Below are positions 50,707 to 61,755 of a DNA stretch of 64,000 bases, piece after piece. The DNA comes from Pseudomonadota bacterium (GTDB lineage: Bacteria; Bdellovibrionota_C; UBA2361; OMII01). The stretch lies in NCBI GenBank assembly GCA_038134595.1, contig JAYPVM010000005.1:128001-192000 (forward strand), given 5' to 3'. Positions within the stretch are counted from its first letter, which is position 1; each line of letters begins with the position of its first letter. A program made the position numbers and the translations under genes. Under the pieces are notes generated by a model that ran no database searches, was not told where the DNA came from, and worked only from the letters and a program-made list of their open reading frames with translations.

Positions 50707-53700
50707 TTACTTCGCACGAACGAGAGAAAGCCTTGCTGTATAATCACCTAAGCCAATCTCTCGCTCTACAAGAGAATTGGAAACTTCTCCTCGAACTTCA
50801 ACACAAAGAGTCTCCGATTTTATATATTCTAAATGTCGCGCTAAAATAGCCTCTACTCCAGAAACGCCCAATACAATGCGATCTGCTATATGCAGGTTTG
50901 CACTCTTGCGCATGTCTTGGATCTCGCGAATTAAATCTCTGGCAAAACCCTCAATTTCCAACTCCTCAGTCACAGCACTATCGAGAGCCACTACTAGACC
51001 ACTCGCAGACTCCACAGCCAGGCCTTCTTTTCCGACAAATCCAAGCTCTACTTCTCCCTCACCCAAGACCACGTCGCCCACTTTAATTGAATCTTTACCG
51101 ATAATCTCAAATTCGCCTGCTCGGATTTTTTGCATCACACTCTGCATCGCACCACCCAATTTGGGGCCGACTAATCGAGCATTAACCTTCGCCTGAGGGA
51201 CCGCTATCTCAGAACTATCCGCCAGAAATTCTATCTTCTTGACGTTTAATTCGCCACAAAGAATCCCTTCATAGGATCGCAGGGCTCCTATGAGATCTTC
51301 CCTCACGGCCACTTTTGCCGACGCTAACGGCAACCGCACACGAAGCTTTTCTCGCGCTCGCACCGATAAACCTGCCGAAACTATCTGTCGAACTATCTGC
51401 ACCTCAGAGCTCAACCCTTCATCAATAAACTCCGTACGCTCATCAGGCCATGAACTGAGATGAACACTCTGTTTACAACCAAGCCTCTCCCACACCATCT
51501 CTGCAATGAACGGACAAAATGGCGCTAGAACTTTCGCGAAGGTCTTTAGCACATCATAGAGAGTCGCATAAAATGACACCTTACTGGCGTCTCTTGACTC
51601 CTGTGACCATACGCGCTCCCGACTACGCCGAATGTACCAATTATTCAAAGTGTCGAGAAAATTCGGGAAGAGTCTCATCGCTTCATGAACACGATACCCG
51701 TCGAGGCACCTTGTAGCGTCACGAACCATAATTTCAACTTCGGACAGAATGTATCGATCAAGGTCCTCAAGAACACATCCATCGAGAGAGATTTCTTCAG
51801 GCGTAATTTGATCGACCTCTGCATACGAGGTGAAAAAAGAAAGTGCGTTCCACAATGGCAAGATCAACGATTTGAGCACACTCTCAACACCCTCATCCCG
51901 AAAACTCAGGTCCTCAATCCCAACCGCGGGCGAAGAAAATAGATACCCACGCAACGAATCCGCACCGAACTTATCCATGATGGCAAGGGGGTCGGTATAA
52001 TTCTTGAGACTCTTTGACATCTTTTTACCGTCCGCCGCTAACAAGGTTCCGTGCACCATGCAATTGCGAAATGCTGGCTTGTCGAATATTGCCGTAGAGA
52101 GAACGTGAAGATAATAAAACCAACAACGAATCTGCCCCGTATACTCGACAATAAAATCAGCAGGTAGATGCTCCAAAAAATGTTCGGCATTCTCGAATGG
52201 GTAGTGAAACTGCCCATAAGGCATCGACCCGGATTCAAACCAACAATCCAGCACCTCAGGCACTCGATGCATTTCTCCGCCACACGCACACGGAATTATC
52301 ACCCGATCAAGATGCTCCTTGTGGAGGTCCGCTAAAACAACGCCCCCATCTTTTTCTATCTCATCTGCCGAACCATACACTCGCTGTTCATCGCACGTGT
52401 GACATGACCATACCGGGATCGGAGTAGCCCAATAGCGGTTACGGGAGATATTCCAGTCGCGTGCATTCTCAAGCCATTTACCAAATCGGCCATCCTTAAC
52501 TGTACTCGGATACCAATTAATCTGCTCATTAGTTTGAATCAATCGATCCCTGATGGCTTCAATCTTGAAGTACCAGGCATCCAGCGCCCTATAAATGAGT
52601 GGACTTTGACATCGCCAACAATGTGGATAGTTGTGCTCTATAGTTTCATCACGAACAACAACACCTTCTCCTTTGAGAAACTTAATAATGTCGGGATTAG
52701 CCTCGTGAACATTTCTTCCGACAAAATCCCCAACTTCTTCACAAAAGCGTCCCGAGTTATCCACTGGGTTAACAACATCAATACCGTTTGCTCGACACGC
52801 CCAATAGTCATCCTCGCCGAATGCAGGCGCCATGTGCACAATGCCCGTTCCGTCTGCTGTCGAAACGAAATCACCGATAATAATCCTAAAAGCCTTGCGA
52901 TCCCCAAAATACGGAAACATCGGCTCGTATTCCAGCATCATGTCGGCTAACTGCTGACCGCTGTACGCGACTCGGACAGCCGGCTCTTTCCCCAACTCTC
53001 TCTGGTATCGAGAGAGTTGCGCCTCCGCTAGTAGATAGGATCCTTCCGGGGAATCTATCACGACGTAAGACACATCTTTTCCTACCGCTAAAGCTAAATT
53101 TGAAGGGAGTGTCCATGGAGTAGTAGTCCATGCTAAGGCCGACACCCCTTCAAGAGCCCCTTTGAGCTTAAATGCAACCGTAATAGCCCTGTCTTGTCGC
53201 GGTCGGGTACTATCATCAACACGAATCTCCGACAATGATAGAGAGGTTTCACATCGATAGCAGTAGGGAGCAACCCGATAATCTTTATATATGAGATCCT
53301 TCTTATACGACTCTGAAAAAGCCCACATAACGGACTCCATGAACGATTTGTCAAGAGTCCTGTAGGGCTTTTCCATATCAACCCAACGACCCAATCGGTC
53401 GATGTATTCTCTCCAATTAGTATCGTATGTGGAAACAATATTCCGACACTCCGCATTAAAGCTTTCCACACCTACCGTAGTCTCTATTTGAGCTTTGTCA
53501 GTCAGTCCAAGATTCTTCTCCGCAATCGTCTCTATTGGCAGACCATGACAATCCCATCCCCAGTTTCGTGGAACATAAAATCCACGCATCGTTTTATAAC
53601 GGCCAACTAAATCCTTGAGCGCCGACACAAAAATCGTTCCGTAGTGAGGGCTACCGGTAGCAAAGGGCGGGCCATCATAAAGAATAAATTCGGGATTTGA

Positions 53701-53823
53701 CTGAGAGCGCTCCACAGATTCCTCAAAGGTCTTTTCAGATTTCCACCTGACACCCACGGCTTTTTCAAGCTGAGGAAAATTAGGTCGCGCCTCTATCTTG
53801 CTAAAATAACTTTTCTTTTCCAT
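50707..53823 (-). CDS. ileS: Isoleucine--tRNA ligase, type 2 (long, eukaryote-like)
   Basis: 1038 aa; DGPPFATG, GWDCHGLP, WTTTPWTLPSN, DWNISRNRYW, KMSKS; type-2-style C-terminus. Confidence 0.96.
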   Translation of the reverse strand: MEKKSYFSKIEARPNFPQLEKAVGVRWKSEKTFEESVERSQSNPEFILYDGPPFATGSPHYGTIFVSALKDLVGRYKTMRGFYVPRNWGWDCHGLPIETIAEKNLGLTDKAQIETTVGVESFNAECRNIVSTYDTNWREYIDRLGRWVDMEKPYRTLDKSFMESVMWAFSESYKKDLIYKDYRVAPYCYRCETSLSLSEIRVDDSTRPRQDRAITVAFKLKGALEGVSALAWTTTPWTLPSNLALAVGKDVSYVVIDSPEGSYLLAEAQLSRYQRELGKEPAVRVAYSGQQLADMMLEYEPMFPYFGDRKAFRIIIGDFVSTADGTGIVHMAPAFGEDDYWACRANGIDVVNPVDNSGRFCEEVGDFVGRNVHEANPDIIKFLKGEGVVVRDETIEHNYPHCWRCQSPLIYRALDAWYFKIEAIRDRLIQTNEQINWYPSTVKDGRFGKWLENARDWNISRNRYWATPIPVWSCHTCDEQRVYGSADEIEKDGGVVLADLHKEHLDRVIIPCACGGEMHRVPEVLDCWFESGSMPYGQFHYPFENAEHFLEHLPADFIVEYTGQIRCWFYYLHVLSTAIFDKPAFRNCMVHGTLLAADGKKMSKSLKNYTDPLAIMDKFGADSLRGYLFSSPAVGIEDLSFRDEGVESVLKSLILPLWNALSFFTSYAEVDQITPEEISLDGCVLEDLDRYILSEVEIMVRDATRCLDGYRVHEAMRLFPNFLDTLNNWYIRRSRERVWSQESRDASKVSFYATLYDVLKTFAKVLAPFCPFIAEMVWERLGCKQSVHLSSWPDERTEFIDEGLSSEVQIVRQIVSAGLSVRAREKLRVRLPLASAKVAVREDLIGALRSYEGILCGELNVKKIEFLADSSEIAVPQAKVNARLVGPKLGGAMQSVMQKIRAGEFEIIGKDSIKVGDVVLGEGEVELGFVGKEGLAVESASGLVVALDSAVTEELEIEGFARDLIREIQDMRKSANLHIADRIVLGVSGVEAILARHLEYIKSETLCVEVRGEVSNSLVEREIGLGDYTARLSLVRAK

Positions 53824-53984
53824 AGAGCACTTCCTGGAGCTACATTGTTCTTAAAAATAATACATACCCGCCAACCGCCGGCGCAAAAAGCCTAGCACAG
53901 AATTATGTATTTTCCGAGCAAAGAGGTCAATCAGCCGTACCGTAAACCACTAAATACACAGGTTAAATAGCCGACCAGGCGAAT

Positions 53985-55127
53985 CTATCGCAACAATTCG
54001 CGCGCAATAACCACCCTCTGAATCTGGCTCGTGCCCTCGTAAATTTGTAGCAACTTCGCATCCCGCATGAGCTTTTCAACTGGATACTCCTTCGTATATC
54101 CATATCCGCCATATACTTGAACAGCGTCTGTAGCGACTTGCATGGCCGTATCAGCAGCAAACCTCTTCGCCATGCTTGATTCAACTGATGCCATTTCGCC
54201 GCTATCAAGCATCCATGCCGACCGCCACGTCAACAGCCGAGCAGCATCAACATTAGTTGCCATATCCGCCAGCATAAACTGCAATCCTTGAAACGATCCG
54301 ATCGAAACTCCAAACTGCTTTCGCTCTTTGGCATATGACAGCGCGTGATCGCAGGCCGCCCGACCGATTCCAACGGCAATTGCCGCCGTCATGGGACGAC
54401 TGGCATCTAAGGTCTGCATTGCGATCTTAAAGCCCTCGCCTGGCGCACCAATCATATTCTCCTTGGGAACTCGCACATCGGCAAATGTCACACTACAGGT
54501 ATTAGAGCAACGTTGTCCCATTTTGTTTTCGTGGGCACCTACTGTAATCCCCTTTGACTCACGAGGAACTACAAGGCAACAGATCCCCTTGTGCCGCTTC
54601 TCCTTATCAATCGAGGCAAAAACTGTATACTGACTCGCAAACTCGGCGTTGGTAATCCACTGCTTTGATCCATTGATTATCCAGCAATCTCCCCCATCGC
54701 TCACTCTAGTCTGTAAACCCGCCGCATCGGAACCGGCTCCAGGTTCGCTTAGGCAAAACGACGCAAGATGTCCACCTTCAACGATTGGCTTGATAAACTT
54801 TGTCTTCTGCGCGTCTGATCCACCGAATTTAATCGGCGTAAGAGCCAGATCATTTGCCACCATAGATGTCGCAAATCCAGCACAACCGGTTGCGATCTCC
54901 TCTATCACTAAACATGCATCAAAAATCGACAATCCCGAGCCTCCAAGCTCGACGGGAATCGTCAGATTAATGAGACCAAGGGCGTGCCCCTCACCGATTA
55001 CATCCTTTGGAAAGACGGACCTTTCATCAAGATCGAGTGCCACCGGAACTATTCTATCCCGAACAAAACCGGCCGCAACATCCCTCAGCAATTCTTGATC
55101 TTGAGTCAAACCACACAGTGGCATCAT
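53985..55127 (-). CDS. Acyl-CoA dehydrogenase
   Basis: [23 protein letters not shown] and [17 protein letters not shown] motifs. Confidence 0.95.
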   Translation of the reverse strand: MMPLCGLTQDQELLRDVAAGFVRDRIVPVALDLDERSVFPKDVIGEGHALGLINLTIPVELGGSGLSIFDACLVIEEIATGCAGFATSMVANDLALTPIKFGGSDAQKTKFIKPIVEGGHLASFCLSEPGAGSDAAGLQTRVSDGGDCWIINGSKQWITNAEFASQYTVFASIDKEKRHKGICCLVVPRESKGITVGAHENKMGQRCSNTCSVTFADVRVPKENMIGAPGEGFKIAMQTLDASRPMTAAIAVGIGRAACDHALSYAKERKQFGVSIGSFQGLQFMLADMATNVDAARLLTWRSAWMLDSGEMASVESSMAKRFAADTAMQVATDAVQVYGGYGYTKEYPVEKLMRDAKLLQIYEGTSQIQRVVIARELLR

Positions 55128-55196
55128 AACAACACCTAACCAGCATCACGTGTACATTCACGCCGTTTTTTTAATAGCAAAAACGCCGAAGGCTCC

Positions 55197-56057
55197 TTAA
55201 GCCTTCGCACCACGCAATCCCGAAGTCCCTTGCTGAGCACTCGGCATACCCTGCTGTGAAATACCAGTGCTAGGTTGTGTCACAACTTCCTTTTCGATTG
55301 CCCCCAAAGCGCCACCGCCGGCAACCGCTCCAAGCGCAGTAGAGAGAGACTGTACAGCCTCTTCAATCTGACCACTTACCGCGTCTAACTTCGCACGATA
55401 CTGAGGAATGAGAATTTCGACCGCACCAACTACCTCGTTGTTGCAGCCCCGAACAACACGACTCACGGAAACAACATCCGCCTCGATTCCTCCGCGATCA
55501 ATGATCTGACCCGTTGTTCGCAATTCATTAAGCTGGGATTTGATAGCAACATCCTGAACAGAGTCTGTGTTGAGCACCTCCGCTAATACAGAATCAGAAA
55601 GATGCGCAGTCAAAAGACGCCCAACGGCACTCGTCTTTGCTGGGTAAGAGACTCCTACCCGAGGAGCAACTTTAACCGGACGCTTCGAGGATATACTTAC
55701 AGGAAACTGAACCTCTGTTCCCTGAAGAACAACGAGACTTACCGTCTCACCGATAGCTTCACTGAGAGCACGCAGGATTGGGGTCCCCTTGCTTACTAAG
55801 GTGCTCTGTGCAAGATACGATTGGCCCATTTGGAGCGCCTTGACACCAAGTCGATAATCCTCAGTTTCTCGGTTTTGCTCGACGTATCCTCTTAGCTCCA
55901 GTGTAGCAAGCAAGCGAAATACATTGTTCTTGTGAAGTTTTAATCTCTTGGAGAGTTCCGTAACACCGACTTCCCCGTTTGCCTTACATAACTCTTCAAT
56001 AACGTCGAGAGCGTGTGATACTGATTGGATTAAATAATTGGATTTCTCGCGCTTCAT
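55197..56057 (-). CDS. IclR-family transcriptional regulator
   Basis: IQSVSHALDVIE...GVTELS..L.LHKNNVFRLLATL HTH and YRLG; ATG 56057 preferred over 56129. Confidence 0.9.
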   Translation of the reverse strand: MKREKSNYLIQSVSHALDVIEELCKANGEVGVTELSKRLKLHKNNVFRLLATLELRGYVEQNRETEDYRLGVKALQMGQSYLAQSTLVSKGTPILRALSEAIGETVSLVVLQGTEVQFPVSISSKRPVKVAPRVGVSYPAKTSAVGRLLTAHLSDSVLAEVLNTDSVQDVAIKSQLNELRTTGQIIDRGGIEADVVSVSRVVRGCNNEVVGAVEILIPQYRAKLDAVSGQIEEAVQSLSTALGAVAGGGALGAIEKEVVTQPSTGISQQGMPSAQQGTSGLRGAKA

Positions 56058-56404
56058 ACAGTTACATCTCCGCCTGTCTAGTCTGTTAGTCACACTCCGT
56101 ACCGAGACCCTAGAAAGAAGCATCACCACTTTCCAGTCCTCAATGCTTCTTAAGCCCCCACGCTTACACGAATTGCGACTTTAAATCTGATTCATACTTT
56201 GCGAACTGCTCTGCCTAATCTCCGACTTCCTCAAACGATGCTCTAAAAACAACGTTCCGGAACTTCGACTCTCTTGGCAGACGATGATAAGGCAAAACCA
56301 CTCCCTCAAAACCGCAATGCTGTTCTACATTCCCTACTTGGGCTTATATCAGGGCGATCTACAAAACGCAACGTACTATTTTTACTGACATGATACTGGA
56401 AAGA

Positions 56405-57160
56405 TTACACTATAAGGTCTCTTGCCTGATAGATTCCAACCTCTAGCTTTTGACACAATTTAAGCCCCATCGACACCGCGCCTATTCCGAAAGTAGCTCG
56501 AGAGCTCACTCGATGCACCAATTCTATCCGCTCGCCCTCGCCCAAAAAGTACACCGTGTGATCACCTGCAACACTCCCACCTCTAAGCGAGCCAACGCCC
56601 ACCTCGCCCGGCTCTCTCTTCGAAGACCGGTTAGCAACGATTCGCTCGTCATCGATCAAACCTTCAGCAATCATTAACGCCGTTCCTGAAGGAGCGTCTT
56701 TCTTCTGATTATGATGAATTTCTACAATCTCAATGTCAAAAGAAGGGCCCAAAAGACGCTTGGCTTCTCTTGCTAAAGAGCTAAGCACTGTGGCCCCTAG
56801 AGATGTATTAGATACTCTCGCTAAAGGGATTGCCTTACCCAAGTCTTCAAACTCTCGAAGCTGCTCTTGCGAATGTCCTGTAGTACCCACTAGAACCGGC
56901 ACTCGCATCTCTACACACCGACGCACTACCTGCATGGAAACCTCGGGGGTTGTGAAATCAATCACTAGATCTGCTCCACTTATCGCATCCAGACTGCCGG
57001 AGTACGCAATACTCGTTCCTTCTACTACAACACCCACCTTAGTAGACCCTGACGATACGACCGCCGCATGAAGCACTACATCATCTCGAGCACCCACTGC
57101 CGAGACCACATGCCGCCCTGTCCGACCAGACGCTCCAATAACTGCAACCCGAGTTTTCAT
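56405..57160 (-). CDS. dapB: 4-hydroxy-tetrahydrodipicolinate reductase
   Basis: GASGRTG, IDFT, VGTTG and EIHHNQKKDAPSGTA motifs. Confidence 0.96.
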   Translation of the reverse strand: MKTRVAVIGASGRTGRHVVSAVGARDDVVLHAAVVSSGSTKVGVVVEGTSIAYSGSLDAISGADLVIDFTTPEVSMQVVRRCVEMRVPVLVGTTGHSQEQLREFEDLGKAIPLARVSNTSLGATVLSSLAREAKRLLGPSFDIEIVEIHHNQKKDAPSGTALMIAEGLIDDERIVANRSSKREPGEVGVGSLRGGSVAGDHTVYFLGEGERIELVHRVSSRATFGIGAVSMGLKLCQKLEVGIYQARDLIV

Positions 57161-58029
57161 TCAAAAGCCTCACATATCCGAATACGATTCTCATCTGACA
57201 AAGGTACTAACGGCAGTCTCACAGCGTCACAACTAATAATCCCCCTTTTCGCCAATACTGCCTTGGCTGGCACAGGGTTAGTTTCTATAAACAGACGCCG
57301 AATCTTTGGAATCATTGCCAACTGAGCGCTTACTGCAACACTGCCTTTGCCTTCTTGCCACGCTTGCCAAACACGACAGAACTCCTCAGGCATCACATTA
57401 GCTGATGCTGACACAATGCCACGCCCCCCACACGCTAATGCCCCTGAAAACATTGCGTCCTCGCCCGTTAGAAGATCGCACTCCTCTTTTACTGCCAATT
57501 TGACATCTAAAAATGTATCTAGCGATCCCGAAGACTCCTTAATTGCGTCGATAAGGCCTCGACGACTAAGCTCCCCTAATGTATCCGGCTGAATCGAAAC
57601 TCCACTTCGACTGGGAATGTTATACGCAACTATCGGAAGACTCGTTGCGCCCGCTACATGAGCAAAATGCTCTAGAAGGCCAGCCTGGCTAGGCTTATTG
57701 TAGGGAGGTGCCGCCAATAAAATACCATCGCACTTTAATTCCTCAATAACTCTGGCCATCTCGACGGCTCGAGCAGTAGCACTAACAGACACACCAGCAA
57801 TAACGGGACGATCTCCAGCAAGCTCCCTCACCTGCCTGACAACATCGACATATTCTGAATCAGAAAGCGTTGCCGCCTCTCCTGTGGAGCCACAAACAAT
57901 AAATCCAGTTACATCCGATGCGCACTGAAACTCAATCAACTGCCTGAGCGACTTTACGTCAACGCAACCTCCATCTGAACTAAACGGAGTAACTAACGCT
58001 GTGTACACCCCTTGAAATTTTGTTTTCAT
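57157..58029 (-). CDS. dapA: 4-hydroxy-tetrahydrodipicolinate synthase
   Basis: ALVTPF, GSTGE, PPYNKP, YNIPSR, IKESSG and ETNPVPAK motifs; ATGA overlap with dapB. Confidence 0.95.
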   Translation of the reverse strand: MKTKFQGVYTALVTPFSSDGGCVDVKSLRQLIEFQCASDVTGFIVCGSTGEAATLSDSEYVDVVRQVRELAGDRPVIAGVSVSATARAVEMARVIEELKCDGILLAAPPYNKPSQAGLLEHFAHVAGATSLPIVAYNIPSRSGVSIQPDTLGELSRRGLIDAIKESSGSLDTFLDVKLAVKEECDLLTGEDAMFSGALACGGRGIVSASANVMPEEFCRVWQAWQEGKGSVAVSAQLAMIPKIRRLFIETNPVPAKAVLAKRGIISCDAVRLPLVPLSDENRIRICEAFE

Positions 58030-58178
58030 TACTGGTCTCCCTTCCATTACGGAATAACGATTAGACTATCTCGTTGCGCCACACATTACCCGACTAAACA
58101 AACAGTACTCCTTCGAAACAAAAGTACAGTCACAAGCTATCACTACCCTCTTGCGACACTAGCTTGGTTTGTCTACCG

Positions 58179-58757
58179 CTAAAAGACCTGCGGAACACCA
58201 CTCTTTCGAACGCTACCCTTGACCACCTTGCGTTCGATGATACTGTCGACTCCTTTGAACAACACTTGGACTTGCTCACGAATCCCCCCTCGTACACCAC
58301 CCTGATTTGTTGGCACGATCTGATACAGATACATCACATCTTTCTTCAAATCAGAATCCTCAAGCGAAAAAGTCGATAGCGCACTCGGAGCTTCAATACG
58401 CCGGCCAATCCGCCCCTGAGCTCTGGCCTCTCTCCTAAGCTGATCTCGAACTACCACATGGGTATCGTCGAGCTCCGCAAGCACAACAAACTCCTCCTGC
58501 ACATCCTCGAGAACCTCTTCCTCCCCCACGGTCCTCCTTTCAACGAGGACCTTGTCGGATTGCCCCAATTCTTTCCCTCGCATATCTTGGTCAGATACCG
58601 TCCACGTTAACGATATACTGTCTTCTCCTGCGACAACTTGTAGATTCTCTACAGCACTCGGCGCTGCCAATTCTGGAATAATAGGTGGGGCATACTTACC
58701 GCATCCAAAGAACATAACCGCACAAGCTACGCTGCCTACAAAACGACGCATCCGCAA
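58179..58757 (-). CDS. Putative lipoprotein with an FN3-like domain
   Basis: Basic N-terminus, hydrophobic core and FFGC lipobox; P.AVENL...ISLTW and YLYQIVP FN3-like strands. Confidence 0.7.
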   Translation of the reverse strand: MRMRRFVGSVACAVMFFGCGKYAPPIIPELAAPSAVENLQVVAGEDSISLTWTVSDQDMRGKELGQSDKVLVERRTVGEEEVLEDVQEEFVVLAELDDTHVVVRDQLRREARAQGRIGRRIEAPSALSTFSLEDSDLKKDVMYLYQIVPTNQGGVRGGIREQVQVLFKGVDSIIERKVVKGSVRKSGVPQVF

Positions 58758-58790
58758 GACTCCCCCAAAACGTTACCAGCCACAGATAAA

Positions 58791-61532
58791 CTACTTATCC
58801 ATAAAACCCCGAAGTCTTTTACTACGACTGGGGTGTCTAAGTTTACGGAGGGCTTTGGCCTCAATTTGACGTATCCGCTCTCTTGTCACATCGAAATTTT
58901 GCCCAACCTCCTCTAAGGTATGGTCACTCTTCTCTCCGATACCAAAACGCATGCGCAAAACCTTCTCCTCTCGAGGAGTCAACGTTGCTAATACCTTTCG
59001 AGTCTGCTCCTGCAGGTTCATATTGACCACCGCATTGGCTGGAGAAACGACCCGCTTGTCCTCGATGAAATCACCAAGATGAGAGTCTTCCTCTTCTCCT
59101 ATCGGGGTTTCAAGAGAGATAGGCTCCTTTGCAATTTTAAGAACCTTCCTAACTTTGTCGATCGGGATTTCCATTTTTTCCGCGATCTCCTCGGGCGTGG
59201 GCTCCCGGCCTAGGTCTTGAACAAGCTGCCGCGAGGTCCTAACGAGTTTATTGATGGTCTCAATCATATGTACTGGGATACGAATAATCCGCGCCTGATC
59301 AGCAATCGCCCTTGTTATCGCCTGACGAATCCACCACGTAGCATATGTCGAAAACTTGTATCCTCTCTGATACTCAAATTTATCAACAGCTTTCATGAGC
59401 CCGATATTTCCTTCCTGGATTAGGTCAAGAAATTGAAGCCCTCTGTTCGTATATTTTTTCGCGATCGACACCACAAGCCGAAGATTCGCCTCGATAAGCT
59501 GGTCCTTCGCTAATCGCGCCCGCATCTCTCCATCTCGCAGGATCTGAACACTCTCAGCCAATTGCGTTGCACTCATAAACACACGGTTTTCAAGCCCCTG
59601 TAGTGCCTCATACGTGCGGCGCAGAGGCTCTTCCCAATGCTTTAAATTGGTGCTCTTAAGCTTTAAGTGCTTAGCTGCCCGTTTATTGGCGACTTGATCC
59701 TCGGACAATAAATCTCCTAACGAATCAACTAACGCTGGAATTGCCGCTCCGAGCTTTCGACTCGGCATTTGAAGACTTCGATAGAGTTGCTTTCGCTCAT
59801 CATCTACTGCCTTAATCAACTCTATCATTTTAAAAAACTGCTTCTGATTGAGATTTAGCTCTTCAATCTTCCCTGCATTCTTTACTATCTGTTTGCCAAA
59901 TTTCTTCGCTTTATCAGACTCCGCGCGCCTCTCAGGTGACAGCTCCATGATTTCCTCATAGAGCGCTCGGGTGTCTTTCAAAAGTTTTTTGAAAGATGTA
60001 GCTTTCGAAAGAAATGCTTTTTTCTGCTCTTCTTCCTCCATGTTCGGTGCAACGACTTTTGGATTTAGTTCGTTGCCATCTTCGTCGAACTTGGGCTCCT
60101 CTTCTTCTTCCTCCTCTTTTTCACTATCCTGTTCCGTCTCTTCTTCTGCGAATAGATCTCGGAGTCTAATCTCGTCGTTCTTAACTTTTTCAAAGAGTCC
60201 AACAACAAAATCAAGCGCTATTGGCTGCTTTAACAACTGGTCACGCACATCTAATAAGCCAGATTCAATCCGCTTGGCTATCTCTACTTCTCCTTCGCGG
60301 GTTAAAAGGCTAACATTGCCCATCTCTCGCAAATACTGGCGGACGGGATCTGTACTGCGACCCAGTGAGCCTGGCTCAAGCACCTCTGGCGTTCTGTTCT
60401 GCTCAAGGTTGTTTCCATCTCCAGACTCCTCTCTGGGGCTCGCTGGTTGGTCAATAATATCGATATCATGCTCACTGAAGCGCGCGACAACCTCATCAAC
60501 CTGCTCCTCTGTCATCACCTCACCGGCCAAAGCCTGGTTTACTTCCTCCATGGTGATGTAGCCCTTCTCTTTTCCAAGCTCAACCAAGCGACTTATCCGC
60601 GTCTCAATGTCTCCTTGCTCACTGATATCGATAGCACTGTCTATCTCCGAAAGCTCTGACTCGACCTCCTCCTCAAAATCGGACATCTCATCGAGATCGC
60701 CATCCATATCATCGCCAATAACGACATCATCATCATCTAAAGATAATGCTTCACTTCCTCTGCCCGTATCCTTTTTTGAAGAAGCTTGCTTCTCGCCTGC
60801 CGTCCCTTTTCTCGACTTCGACGCTTTAATGTTATCGATCTCGACGACACCAACCTCATCACGAGAAGCCTCTTCGGATACTTTCTTTCTGCGTCCCTTT
60901 TTTGGTAGAGCCTCCTGCGCGCTCGAAGCCACAATTGCTTGAGGTTTCTTTTTTACAGCTTTCTTCTCAGCAAGCGAGGCCTTGACCTTTTTGGCCAAAC
61001 TAGCTTGTTTATCTTTCAATGAGCTTTTCACGGTAGCCTCTTTTTTGGCTTTGGACTTTACCACTTTAGCTCCTTGCTTTGCCTTTGATTTGACGACGCT
61101 CGTTGCTGGCTTACTGCTCGCAGTGGACGCACGGCGTCCTGCTTTCTTTTTAACAACCGTTTGCGTTCTTTTGACAGCGGCTTTCGTTGTTCTGCTAGCT
61201 GCTGATGATTTCTTGGTCGATGTTTTTTTGGTCGTCGCCTGCTTCGATGAACTCTTTCCTTGTGTAGTCTTTCCCCTCGACTTCACGCCAGCTTTGTTAG
61301 CGACTGTTGCACTCGTCGACACCCGCTTGCTTGACGTTCGGGCGCCGCTTTTAGCGGCAGACTTACCTTTAGTTATTGCCACTGTCTTCTTTGACGCTTT
61401 CCGAGCGACCGCCTTCGTCGAAGCCCGCTTCGTGCTCGTCCCTGAGGCTTTTACTGATTTTTTAACTACTGCCTTTCCAACGCTCTTCCGAGCAGTTTTT
61501 ACCTGCTTTGCTCCGCTCTTTCTTTGAACCAC
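58791..61532 (-). CDS. rpoD: Primary sigma factor RpoD with a long N-terminal extension
   Basis: Region 1.1 (LGKEKGYIT), 1.2 ([11 protein letters not shown]), 2 ([23 protein letters not shown]), 4 ([13 protein letters not shown]); GGAG 7 nt before GTG 61532. Confidence 0.97.
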   Translation of the reverse strand: MVQRKSGAKQVKTARKSVGKAVVKKSVKASGTSTKRASTKAVARKASKKTVAITKGKSAAKSGARTSSKRVSTSATVANKAGVKSRGKTTQGKSSSKQATTKKTSTKKSSAASRTTKAAVKRTQTVVKKKAGRRASTASSKPATSVVKSKAKQGAKVVKSKAKKEATVKSSLKDKQASLAKKVKASLAEKKAVKKKPQAIVASSAQEALPKKGRRKKVSEEASRDEVGVVEIDNIKASKSRKGTAGEKQASSKKDTGRGSEALSLDDDDVVIGDDMDGDLDEMSDFEEEVESELSEIDSAIDISEQGDIETRISRLVELGKEKGYITMEEVNQALAGEVMTEEQVDEVVARFSEHDIDIIDQPASPREESGDGNNLEQNRTPEVLEPGSLGRSTDPVRQYLREMGNVSLLTREGEVEIAKRIESGLLDVRDQLLKQPIALDFVVGLFEKVKNDEIRLRDLFAEEETEQDSEKEEEEEEEPKFDEDGNELNPKVVAPNMEEEEQKKAFLSKATSFKKLLKDTRALYEEIMELSPERRAESDKAKKFGKQIVKNAGKIEELNLNQKQFFKMIELIKAVDDERKQLYRSLQMPSRKLGAAIPALVDSLGDLLSEDQVANKRAAKHLKLKSTNLKHWEEPLRRTYEALQGLENRVFMSATQLAESVQILRDGEMRARLAKDQLIEANLRLVVSIAKKYTNRGLQFLDLIQEGNIGLMKAVDKFEYQRGYKFSTYATWWIRQAITRAIADQARIIRIPVHMIETINKLVRTSRQLVQDLGREPTPEEIAEKMEIPIDKVRKVLKIAKEPISLETPIGEEEDSHLGDFIEDKRVVSPANAVVNMNLQEQTRKVLATLTPREEKVLRMRFGIGEKSDHTLEEVGQNFDVTRERIRQIEAKALRKLRHPSRSKRLRGFMDK

Positions 61533-61755
61533 ACTTATACTCCACTTTGGGCATCAAGACCTCATAAACCCCCAACCGCATCGGGCCATTCGAGCTACAA
61601 GGTAGATGCCACAGTTATTACAAAACTTTTTCGCCGTCTTTGTTTAGCTCTTCTTTGTTTAGCTATGGTCAGCGGCAACGCGCACCACCAAGCACCACTC
61701 TCTCCGCGAAACCATCGGCAAGATGGCTTATACTAGCGATTCATCCTAAGAAGGT

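Noticed and set aside
53824..53984. T-box leader upstream of ileS
   Set aside because: Spacer is only ~160 nt and lacks the T-box consensus and terminator.
59971..61527. Long plus-strand ORFs antisense to rpoD (59971-60561, 60607-60942, 60982-61527)
   Set aside because: Shadow frames produced by the low-complexity codons of rpoD; other antisense ORFs over housekeeping genes were dismissed likewise.
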